Source of the DNA: Polyangiaceae bacterium
GTDB taxonomy: Bacteria > Myxococcota_A > Polyangia > Polyangiales > Polyangiaceae
Assembly (NCBI GenBank): GCA_044376115.1
Contig: JBILLK010000019.1
Coordinates: 148,740 to 212,739 of the forward strand
Length of the DNA: 64,000 bases
Reading direction: 5' to 3'
Shown here: positions 53,457 through 63,183 of the stretch, one piece after another
Layout: each line of letters starts with the position of its first letter
How positions within the stretch are numbered: the stretch's first letter is position 1
Made by a program: the position numbers and the translations under genes
The notes under the pieces: model-generated
Told to the model about the DNA's origin: nothing
Seen by the model: only the letters and a program-made list of their open reading frames with translations
Databases searched by the model: none

Positions 53457-54867
53457 TCGAACTCGGCGAGGGGGGCGCTATCGGCACAGCGGTAGGCTTG
53501 CTGCTGGGTGAAGTGGACGGACGTGGCAGGCCCGCGGTTTGTGCGGCAGCCGCTTCAACGCTGGCGCTGCTCGAGGGTTGGGCCGTCGGCGTTGCGCTCG
53601 GTGGTGCGACGCTGACCGACTTCACGCGCAGGTCCTGATCGGGCGGGCGCATGTCGGAGGTTGGGGTGGGTTGCGCTTGCGTCGCGGGTGCCGGCGCGCT
53701 GGCGGTTGGCTGTTTTTGATTGAGGGTGAAGACCAGCACAAGCCCGAGGCCGAGCGCTCCCACCGCCCCAGCGATCAGCAGCGGTCCGAGCTTGCGTCGC
53801 GGCTCCGGCGTAACCGAGCGCGACACCGACGAGGCGGTACTCCCGTGACTCGCGCCGCTCGCTTGATTCGCCTCGTTCGCCAGCGCAGCGACGTTCGCGC
53901 CGCTGGCGACGTCGGCCTGCAGGGTAGGGGAGAGCGCATCGTGCGCCGCCACAGCGTCGGACAACGAAAGCCGTCCCACGTCGTCCTTGGTGTCGAGCCA
54001 GCGTGTGCCCGGCGCCAATACCTCGGCCAACGTGCTCGCGAACTCGCTCGCCGTAGCGAAGCGGCGCGCCGGGTCTCGCTGCATCGCGCGCGCAAACCAA
54101 GCGTCGAAGCCGGCCGGCACCGGCGCGACGCTGGAGGGCACTGGCACTGGGTCTGCGCAGATCATCAACAGCAGGTTGCCGAGCGCTTCTGCGACGAAGG
54201 GCCGCTCTCCGGTCAGACACTCGAACACGATCACCGCCAGCGACCAGAGATCCGAACGCGCATCGAGATCCTTGCGTCCACGCGCCTGTTCGGGGCTCAT
54301 GTAATACGGCGTGCCCATCATCGCCCCGGTGCGCGTGGAGATGTCGTCCCCGACCTTCTCCACCAACTTCGCGATCCCGAAGTCCAAGATCTTGACCACC
54401 GGCTCGGGTTCATCCCCGTCGCGCGCCAAGAAGATGTTGTCCGGCTTGAGATCGCGGTGAACGATGCCGGCGCGATGAGCCCGCGCGATGCCGCGCATCA
54501 CGCCGCGCAGGATCATCGCCGTCTTAGCGGGAGAGAGGACCTTCTCCCGCGCCAAACAGCCTTTGAGCGACTCGCCCTCGAGGTACTCCATCGCGATGTA
54601 GGGCACCTCGCCGTCGACGCCGTGATCCAGGATCTGCACCACGTTCACCGACTTGAGCGAGGCCGCCGCCTGTGCCTCACGAAGAAAGCGCGCCTTCGCC
54701 TCGCCAGCGTCTCCCGCTGTGGGCGTTAGCAGCTTCACCGCCACCGCCGTGTGCAGCGCGACGTGCTCCGCACGCCAGACACAGCCCATCCCGCCCCGGC
54801 CGATCGGCTCGCGCAGTCGATAACGACCAGCGACCACCTGGTCGACGGCTCCTGGGACCTCCTCCAC
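53410..54867 (-). CDS. Membrane Ser/Thr protein kinase
   Basis: GRGGMG, VAVK, HRDLKPDN, DFGIAK, GTPYYMSPE; one TM segment, Pro/Ser/Ala tail ending DPLRDL. Confidence 0.95.
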   Translation of the reverse strand: MEEVPGAVDQVVAGRYRLREPIGRGGMGCVWRAEHVALHTAVAVKLLTPTAGDAGEAKARFLREAQAAASLKSVNVVQILDHGVDGEVPYIAMEYLEGESLKGCLAREKVLSPAKTAMILRGVMRGIARAHRAGIVHRDLKPDNIFLARDGDEPEPVVKILDFGIAKLVEKVGDDISTRTGAMMGTPYYMSPEQARGRKDLDARSDLWSLAVIVFECLTGERPFVAEALGNLLLMICADPVPVPSSVAPVPAGFDAWFARAMQRDPARRFATASEFASTLAEVLAPGTRWLDTKDDVGRLSLSDAVAAHDALSPTLQADVASGANVAALANEANQASGASHGSTASSVSRSVTPEPRRKLGPLLIAGAVGALGLGLVLVFTLNQKQPTASAPAPATQAQPTPTSDMRPPDQDLRVKSVSVAPPSATPTAQPSSSASVEAAAAQTAGLPRPSTSPSSKPTAVPIAPPSPSSNAKEQPSVRDPLRDL

Positions 54868-54943
54868 GCCGGCAGCCTAACAGAATGCCGCGTGCAGCTG
54901 CGTGTGACTGCGCAGCGTCGTCAGCGCGCGGCGTTCTCGAGGA

Positions 54944-55600
54944 TCACAGCTCTTCCTTCGCGTTCGTTCGTTGGCGGACCAGCGCCTCGAAGTTTTCGCG
55001 CAAGGTCGGGTTGTCGTCGAAACGGGTCGACCAGAGTTGGGCGATCGAGAGGAAGGTCGTGTCGGAGAGACCGTAGCGCTCGAGCACGCTCGAGCGACGA
55101 CGGGGCGCTTGCCTCAGGTCGGCGGAGACGCGCGCGAAGGCCTCGAGTTGCAAGAAGCGAACTTCGCCGGACGCGTTGGCGAACGGCAGGGTGTCGTCTT
55201 TCGGACCGACGCCGGGCAGCGTCTCTCCGGCCGGATCGACTGCGCCCTGAGGCACGACCGCCGGCGGAATGGAGACGGCGCGGACGAACGGCAGCGGCGC
55301 TGCCATGGGCGAGGGCGGCGCATCCAGCGTCGAGTCGTAGGCCGCCTTCGTCGATAGCGGTTCATCGGCGAGTTTGCGGCGGAGATTCTCGGAATGCTCC
55401 TTCGCCAGGGACATGTCCCCTTCGCTGGTTCGCCGGGCTAGCTCTTGAAGATGCAGCGCCTCGGCGCGGGCAAACACGTCGGCGTCGATCGCTTGGCTCT
55501 CGAGCCAGGCGCGTTGCGCGGCTGGGTCCATACCCAACGTCGCCGCCGCAAGGCGACTCCAACGCGAGAATTCGATCGGCGGTGTGCGGTCCTGATTCAT
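54944..55600 (-). CDS. Hypothetical protein with two related helical domains
   Basis: GAAAGGAG RBS; domains IEFSRWSRLAA...WLESQAID and LQLEAFARVSADL...LERYGL...W..RF...P.LR, separated by a Pro-rich linker. Confidence 0.7.
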   Translation of the reverse strand: MNQDRTPPIEFSRWSRLAAATLGMDPAAQRAWLESQAIDADVFARAEALHLQELARRTSEGDMSLAKEHSENLRRKLADEPLSTKAAYDSTLDAPPSPMAAPLPFVRAVSIPPAVVPQGAVDPAGETLPGVGPKDDTLPFANASGEVRFLQLEAFARVSADLRQAPRRRSSVLERYGLSDTTFLSIAQLWSTRFDDNPTLRENFEALVRQRTNAKEEL

Positions 55601-55803
55601 AGGGCTCCTTTCGGGTGGGGATGGCTGCTCGTTCAAAAGGGTTTTCGTGGGCTCGAGCGCAAGGTGGACAGCCAATCGTCAAGCCGTGACCGAATCTCGC
55701 GGGCGCTGCGCGCGGCTCGGGCTTGCGCGCGAGGTGGCTCGCAGCGGACAGCCAATCGACAGAGCGCCTTCCGGGCGCGCCGTTCGCGCCAGAAGAGCCC
55801 GCT

Positions 55804-56364
55804 CTAGCGTTCGTTGCGCAAGAAGAGCGAGGCCACCGGTCCGATGTTGACGCCAGCGAGGATGACGAGGTCGTGCTGCAGTGATTCGGCGTTGACGAAC
55901 TGATGGCCGGCTTCAATCGTGAGGGACCGAAGGAGGAACAGGCCCGCGATGGTGTTGCGCATGCCGATGCCCAAGCCTTCGTCGTAGGAGCCGAACAGGA
56001 AGTGGGGCTGATAGGCGATGGTCGCGATGTTAGTGCCCACGCCGATGGCGCCGCCGAGATTGAGCATGTGGTCGGCGCGCTGCGTGTGCGAATAGCCGAC
56101 CTCGGCGAGCAGGAAGAGCGAGGTCGGCTCGGGTTGACCTCGCCCGCTGATCTCGAACGCCCATAGCGCACCGCCGTCCACGTCGATCGCGAAATAGGGG
56201 ATGCCTTGGTCGAGGTCGATCACGGGCCCCATGGCCGCGCGCACGCTCGGAATGGTTTCGCCGTCGGCGAGCGCGCGGTTGGGACGCGCCGCGGCCAGGA
56301 GCGAGCAGGCCGTCGCGAGCCACGACAACGAGGCGATGCGGTGGGTCGAGAACCAGGAGCGCAT
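55804..56364 (-). CDS. Exported beta-rich protein, possible small outer-membrane barrel
   Basis: Signal peptide followed by about 8 amphipathic strands (LLAEVGYS, IAYQPHFLFG, LTIEAGHQF, LAGVNI). Confidence 0.6.
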   Translation of the reverse strand: MRSWFSTHRIASLSWLATACSLLAAARPNRALADGETIPSVRAAMGPVIDLDQGIPYFAIDVDGGALWAFEISGRGQPEPTSLFLLAEVGYSHTQRADHMLNLGGAIGVGTNIATIAYQPHFLFGSYDEGLGIGMRNTIAGLFLLRSLTIEAGHQFVNAESLQHDLVILAGVNIGPVASLFLRNER

Positions 56365-56438
56365 TGCAGCAGGCTAACACTGGCGAGCTGGGTCCCGTCG
56401 AGGTTGACCCGCGTGCCCGGGTGCAGGAAGGAGGTCGC

Positions 56439-57491
56439 ATGTGGAAGGTCTTTGGGCCGGCGCTGCTCGTCTCTCTGCTGGCCTGTGCATCGGGGGCGCC
56501 GCGTGAAGAGCGCTCGCTCGCGCAGGCGAGCGCTTCGACTAGCGCGGCCACGGCGAGTCCGAGCACGTCGCTCACGGTGACCGACTCGGCTGCGTCGCCT
56601 GCGACCTCGTCCCCGACAGCTGCCACGGGCTCCACCTCAGCGGGCCCGACCGTCCCGTCGTTTCCCGCTCCGGCTTGGCCGCCCAGCGATCAGGACTTCG
56701 CTTTGGTCGCCGTGCCGCTCAAGAACGAGGGCGGGAGCCCCTGCATGATCAGCCGCGAACTCATCGATAGCGTGCCGCGGGCGAACGTCGAGGTTGCGTA
56801 TGCGCAAGACGGTCGGCTCACGCGGCGCGAGCAGTGGGAATTCTATTGGGCGACGCGCACGGCGACGTTGCGTTCGAGCACGCGGTACACGTGGGCGGAA
56901 GGCCGGATTGTGTCGCGTCAGGAGGAACAGAGCGTCACGACGCTCGGCTACGACGCTGAGGGCCTACCGCTTCGCATCGAGACCAAGCCGTTGCCCGGCT
57001 TCTCGTGGGCTCCGCTGACGCTGACCTACGAGTGGAAGGGCCGGCGGCTTCGAACCAAGCCCAAGCTCGGATTCCCGTCGCGCGCCGACGGCGTGATGTT
57101 GCCGCTGTGGATCCCGTTCCACGGCACGGTGAAGGTGGTTAGGACCAGTAGCTTGTCCAAACGGGAAGAGACGGTGACGTTCAATGCACAAGGCTTTCGC
57201 TCCTCCCAAGGCTGGGCCTCCTCCGCTTCGGTGCCGCTGGTACCGCCGCCGCCCCAGACTTGGCGCTGGGTCGGCACGCAGATGGTCGAGTCGACCTCGG
57301 GGCCGCAAATGCACGCTGACATCGCGTGGCCCGAGGTGCGCTCGACCTTTACGTACGACGCTGAAGGGCGTCCCACGAGCTACCTTCACTTCCAGAGCAA
57401 TCACGAAGGTGGGCGTGTGCAGACGAGCGAGCAGCGCTACGAGTACCGCTGCCCGGGCGAGTTCGTAGCGGACCCGCTCTGGGGCCCTTAG
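56439..57491 (+). CDS. Lipoprotein with YD-like repeats
   Basis: GGAGG RBS, lipobox-like LLAC, Ser/Thr/Ala linker, YAQDGRL, YDAEGLP, FNAQG, YDAEGRP. Confidence 0.75.
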   Translation: MWKVFGPALLVSLLACASGAPREERSLAQASASTSAATASPSTSLTVTDSAASPATSSPTAATGSTSAGPTVPSFPAPAWPPSDQDFALVAVPLKNEGGSPCMISRELIDSVPRANVEVAYAQDGRLTRREQWEFYWATRTATLRSSTRYTWAEGRIVSRQEEQSVTTLGYDAEGLPLRIETKPLPGFSWAPLTLTYEWKGRRLRTKPKLGFPSRADGVMLPLWIPFHGTVKVVRTSSLSKREETVTFNAQGFRSSQGWASSASVPLVPPPPQTWRWVGTQMVESTSGPQMHADIAWPEVRSTFTYDAEGRPTSYLHFQSNHEGGRVQTSEQRYEYRCPGEFVADPLWGP

Positions 57492-57559
57492 ACAAGCGAT
57501 GGAACTTTTTTTTTCCGATCGACGCGACGAGCCAGCTCGACTTCCGTCTGAGGCGCATC

Positions 57560-59164
57560 ATGAGAATCGAGCAGGTGTCGGCGGTCGGGGTTTTGTTCGC
57601 GCTGTGCGCGGGGTGTGGAGCGGCATCTCCCGAGGTGGAGTCGCCGTCGCGCGCGGCCAAGGGGGAGGCGTCGTCAGCGCAGGACGGGTCGTTCGTGCCA
57701 CCACCGCCGATCGGTATGGCCTTTGGCGGTGAGGATCCGGGCGTAAAGCGCGTGCTCGGCAAGCAGGCGTGGGCTTACGTACCCCCGCGCAAGGACTTCC
57801 CGGAGAGCGAGCTCGCGCTGCTCGAGGTGGTCAAGCAGGAAGGAACCAAGGTCACGTTCGCCTCCGGCGATAGCGAGGGAGAGACCTTTCTGATCCCGCA
57901 GGCCTTCAGCGCGCCGACGCAGACGCCGGTGGTTGCGGTGGGTGATCTCGTGCTCACGTCCTTCCTCAGCAAGTCGCAGTGTGGTCGCGTTCGCGCGCTC
58001 GAGGCGGGCAAGGTCGAGGTCGAGTTTCTATGGGGCTCGACCCCGAAACGCGAGCAGGTCGCTACGGACGCCATTCTCCCGCTCGCGACGCGCGAGCCTG
58101 CGTTCTCCTTCGGGTCGCCGGCGTTGGTGCGCGGAGACGGCGGAATGGGGGACTTCTACGAACGCTACTGGGCTCTGCATGCTGATGCGGACCACGTGTG
58201 GCTGGCCGCGACCGAGTTCGGCGGTGACGCCGAGAAGAAAGCGGCGCGCGCCGACGTGCAACCGCTCGCGCTCGGCCGCTTCGCCAAAGGGGACGCAGTG
58301 ATGGCTTGCGGCGGGCTCGCGCTCGGTTGTTTCGAGACCACGGTGCTGGCCGAGCTGCACGACGGTCTTGCCTTCGAGGTCGCGATTCCGCAAGAGCTCG
58401 CCGATCGAGTTGAAGGCAAAACGGCCTCGATTTCGACGTGCGCGGTCGGCCGGCGTCCGGTGCCGCGGGCCTTCGGCGGGGAGGCGCCAAGCGAAGCGTC
58501 ACCACGCCCCTCGCTCCCGGGCAGCCGCGCGTGGGTGTATCAGCCGGGTGAAGGGCTGGTCCTGCGCACGATCGCCAAGCAGTCGGGCGCGCGTGCGTCC
58601 TTCTTTACGACGGGGGACAGCGGGCAGACCTTCGAACTGCCGCGGGCGTTCACCGCGCCGATCAGCTCAGCGAAGCTCGGCGCGGGCGACCTGGTCTGGG
58701 TGGGCGGGCGAGCCAAGGGCCCAGCGGTCTGCGGTCGGGTCGTGCGCGCGTCGGGCAAAGACGTCGAGGTGGTGGTGGTGGACGCTGTGGCCAGCGCAAA
58801 GCAGCGGGTAGCGCGCGAGCTTGTGCTGCCGCTGCCAAAAGAGATGAGCTTCGGTGCGCCGATCGTCGACGGCAGTGATCTGCTCACGGTGGTCTATGCC
58901 GACGACGCAGAGGCCTGTGCGTTTCCACCGTCTTCGCCCAATCACGAGCACGAGACGCGCGCCCCGCGCTCACGCGCCGAAGTGCTAGCGCCCTCCTCGA
59001 AGTTGAAGAAGGGCGATGCAGTGCGAGCGTGCGACGGCGAAGGCTGTCGCGACACCACGATCGTACGCGTCCTGGACGACGGGCTTCGCTACGAGGTCGA
59101 GGACCCCGGGGGCAGCGAGAAGCCGGTGGTGTTTGCGGCGTGTGCGGTGGGCAAGGCTCCTTAG
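57560..59164 (+). CDS. Lipoprotein built from two ~230-aa internal repeats
   Basis: Lipobox-like CAGC; both halves carry AW.Y.P, G.TF..P.AF.AP, GDLV, CGRV, SFG.P, KGDAV.AC, DGL..EV, CAVG..P. Confidence 0.8.
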   Translation: MRIEQVSAVGVLFALCAGCGAASPEVESPSRAAKGEASSAQDGSFVPPPPIGMAFGGEDPGVKRVLGKQAWAYVPPRKDFPESELALLEVVKQEGTKVTFASGDSEGETFLIPQAFSAPTQTPVVAVGDLVLTSFLSKSQCGRVRALEAGKVEVEFLWGSTPKREQVATDAILPLATREPAFSFGSPALVRGDGGMGDFYERYWALHADADHVWLAATEFGGDAEKKAARADVQPLALGRFAKGDAVMACGGLALGCFETTVLAELHDGLAFEVAIPQELADRVEGKTASISTCAVGRRPVPRAFGGEAPSEASPRPSLPGSRAWVYQPGEGLVLRTIAKQSGARASFFTTGDSGQTFELPRAFTAPISSAKLGAGDLVWVGGRAKGPAVCGRVVRASGKDVEVVVVDAVASAKQRVARELVLPLPKEMSFGAPIVDGSDLLTVVYADDAEACAFPPSSPNHEHETRAPRSRAEVLAPSSKLKKGDAVRACDGEGCRDTTIVRVLDDGLRYEVEDPGGSEKPVVFAACAVGKAP

Positions 59165-59193
59165 TCGGAGGGCTGCGCGGGCGCTCTTGCCGC

Positions 59194-60642
59194 CTACTCG
59201 CAATGCTGGACGACGAACAGGCGGGAGCCGGTGCCGGGGACGGACACCGTGCTGGACGCCGTGCCGAAGGTGACCTGGCCGTTGTTCGGCGCGTTGGCTT
59301 CACCGGCGACCAACCAGCCGTCGGTTGTTTTGATCGCTCCGCGCAAGGCCGAAACGCCATCCGAGTTGATGAGTAGGCAGCTCCCTGGACCGAAGGCGTT
59401 GTTGTAACTGGCGAGAGCCAAAACGCCGGAGGGCGTTTCGCTGTCGCAGGGCGAGGGCCAATTCCCGGCGCCCGCGGTCAGTTGGCCATTGAGTTGCCCG
59501 ACGATCGCAAGCTCGTTGAAGGAGCTGGTGAAGGCGTGCACGTTCAATAGCGCGCCGCTCAATCGCAATGGCGCGGGATTGAAGAGCCCAAGCTCAAATT
59601 CATTCCCTTGGATGTTACCGAGGGAGAACCACTGATTGTTCAGCTCGGTGAGGAAGTGGGGGCCTAGCGAAACGTTGCTCGCGCTGCTGGTGAGCATCTG
59701 GGGAGTGAACGTAGCCGGGGCGCCTAGACTAAATTCATCCAGCTTCCCGTTGCGTGCCACGAGCGCGCGCAAGCCGAGCGACGACGACGACGCGAGATCG
59801 TTGTAGCTCGCTCCCAGTGATTTGCCGAGCGGAGTGGTCAAGTCCGACCCGTTCACCGTTCCATCGCCTGCTTGCAGCGCCATGTGGCAAGCCCACTTCG
59901 TCGCTCCGCCCAGCCCAGTATCGAGTTTGGTCGCGTCGTTGCCATTCACCTTGCCATCGGGGCCTCCGCAACCGCCACCGACGATCACCTCACCAGTGGG
60001 AGCCAAGGCCAGGCTGGTGAACTCATCCGTCAACGCACCGCTGGTTGAATGAAGCCTGCTGACCCACTGGGTTTGCAGAGCTGAGTCGAGACGCAGCACC
60101 ACTCCGTCTTGCCCATCCGACCGGCCGGGCACTCCGTCCACGGTGCCACTGAAGTTGCCGAGGACGAAGATCGTTGAAGAAGAGGTCGCCGCGTCGACGA
60201 AGGTCAGCCCGCTCGAGGCGGTAAAGTGCCGACGCTCTAGCAGGCCGTTGTTTTGGTCAAGCACGAGCACGAACGATGAGCGGGCGGGTGCGCTGAAATC
60301 CGCGTCCCCCGCCGTGAGCATGTCGCCGCCGGCGATCCAACCCACCAGGACACGTGTCGCCCCGAGCTCGCGGAAGGCCGTGATCACGACCTCTCCTTGA
60401 GTCGGAAAGGCGGCTCCCGGCCCGCATTCCGCGATACCGCCCTGGCCGCCCGAGCCACCGGAATTCGAGCCGCCGGAGTTCGAGCCGCCGGAGTTCGAGC
60501 CGCCGGAGTTCGAGCCGCCGGAGTTCGAGCCGCCGGAGTTCGAGCCGCCAGCACCGCCGCTTACGCTTTGCTCGAAGTCGATGCCAAACAGCCCGCTGCA
60601 GCCGCTGAGCACAACCAAGCAAAGGCCCCTACGCGCGCTCAT
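59194..60642 (-). CDS. Lipoprotein with (GGSNS)6 linker and probable beta-propeller
   Basis: Lipobox LSGC; FVLVLD, VLGNFSGT, DGVVLRLD...W, VIVGG blades; ATGA overlap with the upstream gene. Confidence 0.8.
   Translation of the reverse strand: MSARRGLCLVVLSGCSGLFGIDFEQSVSGGAGGSNSGGSNSGGSNSGGSNSGGSNSGGSNSGGSGGQGGIAECGPGAAFPTQGEVVITAFRELGATRVLVGWIAGGDMLTAGDADFSAPARSSFVLVLDQNNGLLERRHFTASSGLTFVDAATSSSTIFVLGNFSGTVDGVPGRSDGQDGVVLRLDSALQTQWVSRLHSTSGALTDEFTSLALAPTGEVIVGGGCGGPDGKVNGNDATKLDTGLGGATKWACHMALQAGDGTVNGSDLTTPLGKSLGASYNDLASSSSLGLRALVARNGKLDEFSLGAPATFTPQMLTSSASNVSLGPHFLTELNNQWFSLGNIQGNEFELGLFNPAPLRLSGALLNVHAFTSSFNELAIVGQLNGQLTAGAGNWPSPCDSETPSGVLALASYNNAFGPGSCLLINSDGVSALRGAIKTTDGWLVAGEANAPNNGQVTFGTASSTVSVPGTGSRLFVVQHCE
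60461..60550. repeat. 15-bp coding tandem repeat x6 encoding GGSNS
   Basis: Unit GAGTTCGAGCCGCCG; first and last copies differ by one base. Confidence 0.95.
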
Positions 60643-61571
60643 TCGAACCTCCAGCTTAGCTGAGCGTGACCGAATCCGATTGCAACCGATACGGCCTCTT
60701 CGCCCGAGGACCACGGTGCGGCGAGCACCAACGCGAGCCCGCCGGCCGTCAAAATTCCCCCGGCGATGAACAGCGCGCTGGAGGCGGTTTCGAGGCTCTG
60801 ACCGGCGTCGCGATCCTCCTCGGTGCGCACGCAACTTGGGCTCACGTCTTCCGTCTTGAAGCAGGTGCCGCGGTCGAGCATCGCAACGCCGGTGGCGATG
60901 GCCGCGCCCAAGCTGGCTAAGCCCGCACCACCAACTACAAAGCCCGCAATCGCAAGGCCGGGAACGTCGCTGTCGGCTGCCTGCTCGGGTTTGGGAGCTC
61001 CGAGCTTCAAGGTGAGCGAGAGCTTTTCGCCCTCCTTCATGGTGACCGTGGTGATGCTCTCTTCGCGTCCGGCGATGCGCAGCGTGAAGGTCTGCGGTCC
61101 GGGGTCATTGGGCAACTCCACGCCAAGCACCGAGGCGCCAACCTCACTGCCGTTGCGCAAGAGCGCGAGCCCCTCCCGTTTGACGGGCTGGCCTTGCTCA
61201 TCGGTTTCGGGGAGCAGCAGCGTGAGCTGGGGAAGGCGCGGAAGGAGCGCAGCGGCGCGTTTTTTTGCTTCCGCTTGGAAGTCCGCTGAGGCCGATTGTT
61301 CCACCTCGCGAAAGAGCGCCCACGCCGTTGCAATGCGTCCGCGTTGCGCTTCACAGTCCGCAAGGTTGAGCACTGTTCCGGCCGCTGGATCGAGCCGTTG
61401 GCTGTCGCGGAAGCGTTCGCACGCCGTCTCGAAATCGCGCTTCTCCATGGCTGCCCGGCCCTCGCGAAAGAGCACCTCAGCCGCGGCAGGGTCAGTCGAC
61501 TGCGCTTGAACCGGAACCGCAATCACCACGGTGGTGAGCACCACCGCCAAAGCACCAAGCCACTTGAACAC
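60639..61571 (-). CDS. Secreted TPR + PEGA-like protein
   Basis: Signal ending VQA-QS, AAAEVLFREG, ACERF..S..LDPAAGTVLNLADC, RNG, DPG, Gly-rich hairpin, ends LSWRFE. Confidence 0.87.
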   Translation of the reverse strand: MFKWLGALAVVLTTVVIAVPVQAQSTDPAAAEVLFREGRAAMEKRDFETACERFRDSQRLDPAAGTVLNLADCEAQRGRIATAWALFREVEQSASADFQAEAKKRAAALLPRLPQLTLLLPETDEQGQPVKREGLALLRNGSEVGASVLGVELPNDPGPQTFTLRIAGREESITTVTMKEGEKLSLTLKLGAPKPEQAADSDVPGLAIAGFVVGGAGLASLGAAIATGVAMLDRGTCFKTEDVSPSCVRTEEDRDAGQSLETASSALFIAGGILTAGGLALVLAAPWSSGEEAVSVAIGFGHAQLSWRFE

Positions 61572-61596
61572 CCGAGAGAGACTACACGCCGGCTGT

Positions 61597-62961
<1,365 letters not shown>

Positions 62962-63013
62962 CAGCCCACAGCTTACACGGGTTCGCTCGCGGAACGACCC
63001 TGCCTCACGCGGT

Positions 63014-63159
63014 CGCGGTGGGGCGGCCCGAGGGGGTCGCTCCGGTGCGAGGCCGCCTCGAACGCGGTGGGGCGGCCCGAGGGGTCGCTCCGGTGCGAGG
63101 CCGCTTCGAACGCGGTGGGGCGGCCCGAGGGGGTCGCTCCGGTGCGAGGCCGCTTCGAA
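63014..63159. repeat. Three tandem 48-49-bp non-coding repeats
   Basis: Unit CGCGGTGGGGCGGCCCGAGGGG(G)TCGCTCCGGTGCGAGGCCGC(C/T)TCGAA at 63014, 63063 and 63111, with no spacers. Confidence 0.95.
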
Positions 63160-63183
63160 ACAGGTCGCTCAGCGCGAATGGGC

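Noticed and set aside
63014..63159. Possible CRISPR array
   Set aside because: The repeats are directly adjacent with no unique spacers, and no cas genes are in the window.
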